Assembly (NCBI RefSeq): GCF_963676685.1
Contig: NC_092353.1
Location: 806,001 to 870,000 of the forward strand
Source of the DNA: Mytilus edulis
Lineage: Eukaryota
Length of the DNA: 64,000 nucleotides
Direction of reading: 5' to 3'
Position numbers and translations under genes: made by a program. A model generated the notes under the pieces. It was not told where the DNA came from. It saw only the letters and a program-made list of their open reading frames with translations, and made no database searches. The stretch's first letter is position 1. Every line of letters starts with the position of its first letter. Positions 12,228 through 23,100 of this stretch are shown here, piece by piece.

Positions 12228-12307
12228 AACAACAAACAATAAAAGACTGCTGGGAAAATATAAATTAGTATTCTATGATTTAAAAGAAAACATCTTATCT
12301 CTAAATT

Positions 12308-12793
12308 GTAAGCGTGGGTTTCTCCACACTAAACTGTCTTCAATTGGAAACCCTTTACTATTAAAGCTACACTCTTTTATACATCAATAGAAAAAGAAAA
12401 AGAGCAGAGTGGGTTACTCCACACTAAACTGATTTTTTTTCTGTATTGAAAGTGAACAAAGGACCAAGGTTATTTTAGATTTTAACAATCACAAGGTTAC
12501 ATTCTTCTAGACAGTAAGCGTGGATTCCACCACACTAAACTGACATCGTATAAAGTTTGGCTGCATTCTCTGGAACAAGTAAGCGTGGATCTCTCCACAC
12601 TAAACTAACATTGTATTTCTAGTGATAAACAACCAAAGGACAGAGGTCATTTTAGATTTTAAATGTTAATCCCATGCAAGGTTTTAGTAACATTATCCTG
12701 AACAGTAAGCGTGGATTACACCACACTAAACTGACATCCTATAGAGTTCGATTGCATAATTCTGAATAAGTAAGCGTGGATTTCCCCACACTA
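12308..12793. repeat. Array of six ~29-bp spaced repeats GTAAGCGTGG-N6-CCACACTAAACTGA
   Basis: Copies at ~12308, 12409 (partial), 12514, 12579, 12705 and 12770. The palindromic arms are invariant while the 6-nt core differs in every copy. Confidence 0.85.
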
Positions 12794-13240
12794 TTCAGAA
12801 AAAGTAAGAGATGTAAAAGTGTTTAATACTTTTCAGAATTTTCCTTTAGCTGACCTTAAAATTTTGTATTAGGTTTATATTTTATCACTTAAATCATGAT
12901 ATCAGAAAGTTGCCTTGAAATGAAAATAATTCAGAATCTAATAGATATTATGTATGGTCTTTTTACTTTTGAATCAAGAAATTATTAAGTGTTTTCTTGA
13001 ATCCTTATTTTATCATATTTCCAATGTTTTTGTTATGTTTTATCATTTGTACACTGCCATTCCATTATATGCTAGGTTCAATAAAACAATCTAACAGAAA
13101 TGTGTTGTCATAGTTACCAATAACATGCTTTGTGGCGGTTTATTATTATTGAAGCATGTGGTTTATGAAGCCCACAGGAAGGTTACACTTAAATATAGTT
13201 GTGAGGGGTTGCTGTCTCATTAGTATATATATCCAACATA

Positions 13241-14030
13241 TTTTTTATAAGTCACCTACATGTACCAACGAAGTCAAAGAGGACTTAAGGTTTGCACTCC
13301 GTCTGTATTTCCATCAGGTCAGTATGGCAAATCTGTTTTCCACACTATTTTTCTTTGGGCTTGAAGATATGGTTTTGATATTGACTATTATGATTTATCT
13401 GGAAAAGTAACAAATCAACTCTGAGTTTTGTTCTGGTCTGATATTGTTGTGCAGAGTTATGGTCCTTGGACTTGGCAAATTCACTCCAATATTCAGTTTT
13501 CCACACATTTTCTTGTCATGCTTGAAGATATTACTAAGTAATTTGATAATTCGAATATTGTTTTATCATGACAATTTACAAATCAAGTTCGAATTTTGTT
13601 CTAGTCTGATGATTTTGTGCAGATTTATGGTGCTTGGACTTCGAAAATTCATTCAAATAATCAATTTTCCACACTTTCTTTGACATGCTTAAAGATTTTG
13701 ATTTGATAATTGGTACATCATTTAATCATGACAGTTACATTTGATTAAGATTTAAGTTACATGTTGAAGTCCATTTCTCAGATATTCAAAAGATCAACTA
13801 TATGTGGTGTAACGTGTACATTCTATCCGACAGGCTTTTTCAAGGTACTTAAATCAAATATGAGTTTCTGTACTTGGAACTTTATTTAGCTTTTGTAAGC
13901 ATTGTGTCAACTATAGTTGGACCTTTCCTCAGCCTTTGTAAGCATTGTGTCAACTATAGTTGGTGTATGGATGATTCAAGTTGTACATGACTCTCTGGAA
14001 GGGTTCATATAATCTTGACTGCATCAGCAT
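13241..14030 (+). mobile_element. Degraded HINE-type repeat with internal ~120-bp units
   Basis: T-run start, AAGTC..GACTT inverted repeat, TCCGTCTGT motif and repeated TGTGCAGA.TTATGGT.CTTGGACTT units. Boundaries approximate. Confidence 0.5.
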
Positions 14031-14534
14031 GGATCATTGATATTGTTATTTTTATGCAAAAATCTAAAGTGTGCTCCTCTGCCTTTAAATTCTAGAAAGA
14101 ATATTGACATTGATATATAAACTTCCATATGGTTTATGGGTTTATACATGTAATATGTTTTGCTGGTTTTTGTTTTGTTTTTATAAATTATGCAGCACAT
14201 CAATTTTAAAAAACAAACAGACAATGGAAAACAAATGATGAAGTTTAATGAAAAATCTACAAAATGATCTACATTACATTCAGATTCACAATAAAAGTTT
14301 ATTCTATGATGATAACACTTAAGTGTAATAACCTTTGTCATGTATATTCATGATCAATTATGTTTGAGAAAATTTCTTAAATTTTAACCTGTGAGTCATG
14401 TTTATGATACAGATTTTTTTCAAATAAGTTCGATTGAAGTGGAACTTATTTAGAAGTGTTCTTAATCAGTTTAAAAGTCCAAATGTATTGCACTGTTTAT
14501 GATTGTGTATAGTATATCTCATCTAGACCATATC

Positions 14535-16672
14535 CTCGTGTATTGTATTTTCGACCTACTAACATATTTTTCTGAATTTCCCTGTTATATGTTTGAACAT
14601 AAACATACCTAATATTTTGAGAGTCACTAGTATACTTGTGCATAAAATAATTGTATCGGTAATATATTTCGATCTTTAGTTTATTTTTTCATTTGAGTTC
14701 ATTAGATCAATGGCACAAACAAGCGTCTTGTGTTTTCGACCTATTTGGTAAGCTAACATGAGGGATACTAAGTTAAAGCTGTAAACTTAGTAATTTGTTA
14801 CAGCAAAATTGCAATAAAGATATTGTTAAATGAAAAAAAAAAAAAAAGTGTTTTCGACCTATTTAAAAAACAGGTTAAAAGTCAGAAATGACATGTCGTA
14901 CAAATCCGGAATTGGTTATAAATCTGATACCTAAGTTAATATCAAGGTGTTAGAGGCGATCAAACTTATGACTTAAAGAATTAAATGGTTAAATATACGA
15001 CTATAAAATATTATTTTGATGTATTTTTTGGACAATTTGTACACATTTCAGAATGAGGCACTTAGAAGCCTTGTATGGTCTTGTATACATTCATGTTTTT
15101 GTTAAATACTTTGGTTAATCCACTGGTGAAGTGAGGTTGGTGAGTATTGTCTGTAATCTGTTAATAAAATTTAACTGATATTTAATTTTTTCGGTAAAAA
15201 GCTGTAAGGAGCATGCGTATTTCCATATTCAAATTAACTTTAAGTATTACAACTAACCACGTGACAGTCATGTGACTTAATGACCTTGAAGTTAACTTTG
15301 CATGCAAAAAGACCTCTGCCATAAGTTAGAAAATTCGTTTATTTTAGACCGATTCTTTTGGAAGGTAAAACTAGCATTAGTGAAAAGGGTATAAAAATGT
15401 GATATCAAATAAACAAGAGGCTGTCACAACGACAGCAAACCGGATTAATTAGCATTTATTTGTGTCCTGGCAATATCACAAGAACCATTACTGATGATTG
15501 GTGAAAGTGAAAATTGTCAATATCAAATTTGACCTCTATTTTGTCATCAGTATCAACATATTAAAATTTGAAAAGCTTAGATTGAATGGTTCGTGAGTAA
15601 ATGCAACAACGTGAATGGAAACACCATTTTACGATCTTTCAAGAACCATAACTCCTGAACGGTAAAAGTCAAAATCGTCATTATTTAACTTGACTTCTTT
15701 TTTGTCATCAGTAAAAACATATTAAAATTTTAAAAGCTTTGGTTGAATGGTTCATGAGAAAATGCACGGACACAACTGGAAACACCATTTTTCAATGTTT
15801 CAAGAACCATAACTCCTGAACAGTAAAAGTCAAAATCGTCATTATTGAACTTGACCTCCATTTAGTCATCAGTAACAACATATTTAAATTTGGGAAGCTT
15901 TGGTAGAACAGTTCATGTGTAAATGCACGGACACGACTGGAAAGGCCATTTTACGATCTTTCAAGAACCATAACTACTGAACGGTAAAAGTCAAAATCAT
16001 CATTATTAAATTTGACCTCTATTTTGTCATCAGTAACAACATATTAGAATTTAAAAAGCTTTGGTTGAATGGTTCATGAGAAAATGTATGGACACGACTG
16101 GAAACACCATTTTTCAATCTTTCAAGAACCATAACTCCTGAACGGTAAAAGTCAAAATCGTCATTATTGAACTTGACCTCCATTTTGTCACCAGTAACAA
16201 CATATTAACATTTGGGAAGCTTTGGTAGAACAGTTCATGCGTAAATGCACGGACACGACTGGAAACACCATTTTTCAATCTTTCAAGAACCATTACTCCT
16301 GAACGGTAAAAGTCAAAATCACCATTATTGAACTTAACCTTCATTTAGTTGTCAGTAGCAACATATTAAAATTTTAAAAGCTTTGGTTGAATGGTTCATG
16401 AGTTAATGCACGGACAACATTTGATTGCCGCCCGACCACCCGCTGAGCATCCCCAAATCAATAACCGACATTTTTGTCACAAAAATCCAGTTAAAAAACG
16501 TAAATACTTAATATAATAACTTTATTTTAAAAATCTTCACCACACATAGTATTATTTGCTATTGTTACTAAGTATAACAGCCGATTTTGACATCATGCGG
16601 GCATGCGCAGCAAACGGGAAGTGAAAATAGAATTAGGTAAAAAACGTCAGACGGTCGAAAACACAATACGAG
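14535..16672. mobile_element. Non-autonomous DNA transposon with TTTTCGACC-containing TIRs, hosting a nested HINE
   Basis: The left end CTCGTGTATTGTATTTTCGACCT matches the reverse complement of the right end GGTCGAAAACACAATACGAG. Extra subterminal GTGTTTTCGACCTATTT copies at ~14730 and ~14848. Confidence 0.6.
15411..16497 (-). mobile_element. Helentron/HINE-type element with ~5-6 internal ~160-bp tandem units
   Basis: AAACAAGAGGCTGTC..GACAGC hairpin at one end; CCGCCCG microsatellite and ATTTTTGT-C-ACAAAAAT palindrome at the other. Repeated TTTCAAGAACCATAACTCCTGAACGGTAAAAGTCAAAATC units. Confidence 0.75.
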
Positions 16673-17187
16673 ACGATATATGTATAAAACCTTAAATGAT
16701 CCGACTATGAAAGTCTACATTTGATAATCAACGGTAAAAAGAAAATTTAAGTGAATTTATTATGAACCATGCATGTTTTATGGAAAAACACCATTATTAT
16801 TTATGTAAAAAACAGATTTCAATAAAAACATGGCATAAATCTAAAAAACAATCTTACATTGGTCAATAAAAATAAATTTGAAAGATTTATAAAAACCAAC
16901 CCTACTGCAGGCTTTCGTGTTAAACATTTGTTTTAAAAATAAAATTATCTGTGTACAAACATCTTGCAGTGATATAATATTTGGCTAGCAGACGACAGCT
17001 TATTTCATATTTAGTTTTCGGTCTAATATTTGAAAATGCCCAACTCATTTAAATTTCATACATAACACAATATGTCATCCATAATCATTTTTACTATTTC
17101 TATCGAAATAACAGGTTCTACATTTGTACAACATCTCATTCTAACATTTTCAAATTCATTTACAAAATGACTGCTCCACTTTTGACC

Positions 17188-20100
17188 TTAGAGCGCCATC
17201 TGCAAAACAATAGGACAATGATCACTCCCCATGACATCCTGTTGTATAGCATGCTCACACAAATCCTTCTTTAATCTGTCTGATAACACAAAGTAGTCCA
17301 GCCTCCTGAAATACAAACAATTGAAATTAAACCTTTCAATAATAATTATTTTGTTAGTTTATATCAACCACAACACTCAATAAGGAGGAGTAAGCTACCA
17401 AAACACAAAGAAGGCAGTTGTATCTAACTAAACAAAAAGAATGTCTCACTTATTGCAATGGAAAGACATGACACGATTCATTTAGTTAAGAAGAGCCTCA
17501 ATATGGCTGACCAAACTATGCAGAAGATGTATACAAATAGCAAATTAAATATAAGTGTTAAGGAAATGAATATCCTAGAAAAATATCTAACAAAACAAAC
17601 TAAATATAGACAAGCTTTGCATGGACAATAAACAATAATTTTGTTTGAAATAAGTGTTACCTGAACCTGGGGTGCAGTTCCAAGCATTTTGAAATATGAC
17701 AAAATTTGTATCTCTATGGTAAAAACTAACACAAGGACCTTAGAGCTACAGTTCACAGGTACCTTCATGTGTAATGTACAATCTCTACAAACTTTCTTTT
17801 TGTTAATGATACAAGCAATAAGTTTGAAAGTCTCATTATTTGGCCGTGTGTAATTGCCAAAATTTAACATCTTTTTGTTCTGAAAATTGTCTGAAATAAG
17901 TATCACATGATTTACATAATCACATGATAAAAATATATTTAACCTAAAAAAGAGGCATTGCATTTCACTAGAGAAACATGTAATTGTTATATAAAACTAA
18001 AATATTTACCATCCCACATTTTTAGCTCTGGCGTTCATCATGTATGTCCAGAAAGACCAACATTCCCGGGCATTGGGGTACAATTCTCTGAAAGAGTCAA
18101 AGAATCCCTCGGCTAACAAGTCTGTAAATCCTTGCCTCTCGTCGTCATGGAAACCTGGGGTTTTGTTTCTGTTTGTCTTTGGATTCTTGAGATCTGAAAT
18201 AAATCAAAGCATTTTTATTGTAGAACTGTAACATCTCACAAAATTTACTGTTAGAGTTTCAGTGTTGCAAATTTGTTTCCTTGTTCATAGAGTGTTGTAA
18301 AATTTCATACTTTCTACATACTGTAAGTAGGTACACTGCAGATGTAAAAATTACGTTGTTGCTTCAACTCCACATCATCAAGCTGTAATTCAAGTATTAA
18401 ATCATTCCCTTTCTTAGAAGTTTCTTGGAAGGACGGATGAAGTGGAGCGCTAACTAGACCTGCCTCCACCCGAGACAAAGCAGGTAAGAATATATTTGTA
18501 ATTGAACTACACTAGAATCAATAGAACCATAATGACTATAAAATATCATTTACTATAATTTTATAGTCCTTTAAAATTACCTGTTTCCTGGTGAGCTACA
18601 TTCAAATCCCCACAATATATTACTGGCTTTTTGTCATCTAACCCTTTCATATAGTCTCTGAAGGCTACATCCCATTCTTTAGTCCTGTATTTCAGTCTGA
18701 CAAGGCCTTTACCAGAATTAGGTACATCTACAACAACATTAGACTCAGACTATAGGAAGGTACACTGTAAGGTGGATTATACAAAACCTGGAGAACCATA
18801 CTCTATAGTTTGTATGTCATATTCCGTATAGCAGGTTATAAAGTGCATTATACAAAACCTGGAGAATCATACTCTATAGTTTGTATGTCATATTCCGTAA
18901 AGCAGGTTATAAAGTGGATTATACAAAACCTGTAGAATCATACTCTATAGTTTGTATGTCATATTCCGTAAAGCAGGTTATAAAGTGCATTATACAAAAC
19001 CTGTAGAACCATACTCTATAGTTTGTATGTCATATTCCGTATAACAGGTTATAAAGTGGATTATACAAAACCTGGAGAATCCTACTCTATAGTTTGTATG
19101 TCATATTCCGTATAGCAGGTTATAAAGTGGATTATACAAAACCTGGAGAACCATACTCTATAGTTTGTATGTCATATTCCGTAAAGCAGGTTATAAAGTG
19201 CATTATACAAAACCTGTAGAATCATACTCTATAGTTTGTATGTCATATTCCGTATAGCAGGTTATAAAGTGGATTATACAAAACCTGGAGAACCATACTC
19301 TATAGTTTGTATGTCATATTCCGTAAAGCAGGTTATAAAGTGCATTATACAAAACCTGTAGAACCATACTCTATAGTTTGTATGTCATATTCCGTATAGC
19401 AGGTTATTTTCGAGATTTTCATTGAATAAGGTATACCAAATATATTGGCGGTTGTTATATGCACCCTTTTAAATTGGCCTGATTTATTTTTGTGCTTTTG
19501 TTCTATCTGTGAATATATATCTGACGAAAATTTACACCCCTCGAAAATAACTGGCTATACGATATTCAAGATCTTTTCAAAATGTGTCATGGGGTCAAAG
19601 TTCTTTTGTGTCTATTGTGGAAGAATATTTAAGATAGGATATGAAGGGAATATGTGAAGGTATGAAGGTAACTATTAGCTGTAAGGTACTATGTGTTTAC
19701 AAAGCCATATGTAATATGTGAAGGTATGAAGGTAACTATTAGCTGTAAGGTACTATGTGTTTACAAAGCCATATGTAATATGTGAAGGTATGAAGGTAAC
19801 TATTAGCTGTAAGGTACTATGTGTTTACAAAGCCATATGTAATATGTGAAGGTATGAAGGTAACTATTAGCTGTAAGGTACTATGTGTTTACAAAGCCAT
19901 ATGTAATATGTGAAGGTATGAAGGTAACTATTAGCTGTAAGGTACTATGTGTTTACAAAGCCATATGTAATATGTGAAGGTATGAAGGTAACTATTAGCT
20001 GTAAGGTACTATGTGTTTACAAAGCCATATGTATGAAGGTAACTATTAGCTGTAAGGTACTATGTGTTTACAAAGCCATATGTATGAAGGTAACTATTAG

Positions 20101-23100
20101 CTGTAAGGTACTATGTGTTTACAAAGCCATATGTATGAAGGTAACTATTAGCTGTAAGGTACTATGTGTTTACAAAGCCATATGTTATTAGCTGTAAGGT
20201 ACTATGTGTTTACAAAGCCATATGTTATTAGCTGTAAGGTACTATGTGTTTACAAAGCCATATGTTTTAGAATGTTATCATATCATTCTTTGCAGTCTTT
20301 CAATCTTGTTAACAACAGATTTGTGTGCTCTGAAGGACTTACAAGCTCCTACTAGGTAAAATGTATCATATTCAGCTGTAATTAGTCTTCCCTCATCATC
20401 TAGCTTCTTGATTCCTGAAAAAAATAAGTGAAAACCAATTGAGGAGGTTCAACTTTGATTTACTATTTGCAGCATTAGTAAAATAAACTGCATGATTTTT
20501 ATTATTAATTGTTATGGCTTTCAGTAACTGTAAGTACTCTCAAATCCTATTTTTGTGATGATTTGACCAGTTGACACAATATGTGAGGCATTTTTGTAAT
20601 TCAAAATTTGCTTGTTTTGTGTTAGATCTTGTCTCACTATTTTCTTTTTATATACCACCTATGATTTTAGTATAAAGATAAATATTTAGTTCTGTTCTCT
20701 TACGATGAACAACAAATTTATTTTGTAAAAAATACTTATTCTAATAACAAAATTATTATGTTTAAAGATACCTGTTTACATTATTTTGTTTAAAGACGTT
20801 TTGTCCACGGTTATAGTTGTCTATTTGACAATTGTTTTACATATTGTATTTATATTGTGTCATAGATCAAATTTATTCCTACAGTGTACAATGGTGTATG
20901 TTAACTTGTTTTTGTTGATTCTTATTTTTGATAATGTTAGGCCATTTCAATTGATACTTTAGAGTGTGTCTATTGATGTTTTACTGTTATACTAGTCTAT
21001 TGTTTCAGGTTAGGATGAAGGTGTTACATTCATTTTACTTTAGAGTATAAAGCATTTTTCTAAAATAATAGATCAAGATGATATAAATCAAGCATATTCA
21101 GATTTTGAAAAGGCTGTGGTAAATGTTTTAGACCAACATGCTCCATTGAAAAAAAGAAAACAATGTAAACAACCAGCACCATTTATGAACCAGGAGCTAC
21201 GAAAAGCAGTATACAAAAAAAGACAACTGTACAACAGGTATAACAAACAAAAATCAGGTAATACCTGGGAACTCTATAGACAACAGAGAAATCTAGTCAA
21301 TAAAATAAAGAAAAAATCCATTAAAACATATTTTTACGAACGCTGCATAGGCGGACCAAAAACATCTGATTTCTGGCCTACTATTAAACCTTTTATTACA
21401 AACAAAGGTAGCAACTTCACAAAAAATATCATTCTATGTGATGAAGAAAACATAATAAGTGATCAAAAGAAAGTAGCAGAACACTTCAATGACTTCTTTA
21501 TAAATGTGGCTAAGGGAGCTACCATTTGATTTTTATGGGGGGGCTAGGATGAAAAATTTTGTCCTGCATTTTTTTTTAGTTGTAATCTCTGTCCTGCCTT
21601 TTTATTTTTCACTCTATTCGGTCCTGCCTTTTTTTTTTATTAGTTTATCCTGATTTTTTTTACCTAAATTGTCATCCTGCCTTTTTTTTTTGCAAAGTGT
21701 CTCATCCTGCCTATTTTTTTTACTCAAAACTCCTGTCCTGCCTATTTTTTTCAAATTTCATCCTAGCCCCCCCATAAAAATCAAATGGTAGCTCCCTAAA
21801 GATAACAACACACCTGCTAATAATAACCATCCAAGTGTTAAAAAAATACACGAAAACAAAACTGCCACACAACAACTAGAATTTAGTGCCATCTCAAATG
21901 AATTTGTAGATAAACAACTTAAAAAATTAAACATAAAAAAGGCAACAGGAATAGATGGCATATCAGTTAAGGTTCTAAAACTAGCACAACCAGTTATCAC
22001 AAAACCAATAACTGAATTGATAAACAAGACTATTAAATCAGCCACTTTTCCAGACAAATTAAAAGAGGCACAAGTTGTACCATTGCATAAAAAGAACAAT
22101 GTACTTGATGTGGGCAACTATAGACCAGTAAGTATACTTCCAGCAATTTCAAAATTTTTTGAACGAGCAATTTACAACCAGCTAGTTGAATACTTCAATA
22201 CACACTTTCATCCATACTTATCTGCATTTCGACCAAAATATGGATGTCAAACTACTCTACTCAGGATTATAGAGGACTGGAAAATGGCACTTGATCAAAA
22301 TAAGTTTATTGGCTCAATTCTAATGGATCTATCTAAGGCTTTCGATTGTCTCCCTCACGATCTTCTACTGCTTAAGCTTGAAGCATATGGTCTTTCAACT
22401 TCCTCATTAAAACTCATTAAAAATTACTTATCTAACAGGAAACAATGTGTTCGAGTTGGCTCTAGTCTGAGCAATTAGCAAAACATATACAAAGGAGTAC
22501 CACAAGGTTCTATTCTAGGTCCTATACTGTTTAACATCTTCATTAATGACATATTTCACTTCACCACAAACAGTTCACTCTACAATTATGCTGATGACAA
22601 CACATTATCTTATGCAAATAGAGATATAGACACCGTTATCTCCACACTTGAAAAAGACAGTTTGGCTCTAATAGAATGGTTTTCTTCCAATCAAATGAAG
22701 GCAAACCCTGAAAAATTTCAAGCTTTGGCAATTGGCAAAAAAACAATGGGCAAAAACATTACATTTGATCTAGCAGGTAACAAAATAAAATGTGAAAAAG
22801 AGGTCAAACTATTAGGCATCACCATTGACTTTGAACTAAATTTCAACACGCATATATCAAACATCTGCAAAAAAGCATCCAGACAACTAAATGTATTAAA
22901 AAGACTTGGCAAATACTTAAACAAACTTGGAAAATTAACAATATATCACTCCTTTATCATGTCAAACTTTAATTTCTGTTCATTGTCCTGGCATTTCTGC
23001 AGCGAGGCCAACACTAAAAAAATTGAAAAAGTACAAGAAAGAGCACTTCGCTTCATTTACCAGGATCACAACAGCACATATGAAGACTTACTTTTAAAAT

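Noticed and set aside
12308-12793. True CRISPR array or hammerhead ribozyme repeats
   Set aside because: Eukaryotic context, no cas genes, and spacers of unequal length that are related to each other; no CUGANGA/GAAA hammerhead core on either strand.
17478-17963. 161-aa minus-strand ORF
   Set aside because: Lies within APEX1 intron 6; low-complexity hydrophobic composition typical of chance AT-rich ORFs.
19949-20355. Repetitive Cys-rich ORFs
   Set aside because: Translation of the intronic minisatellite, antisense to APEX1.
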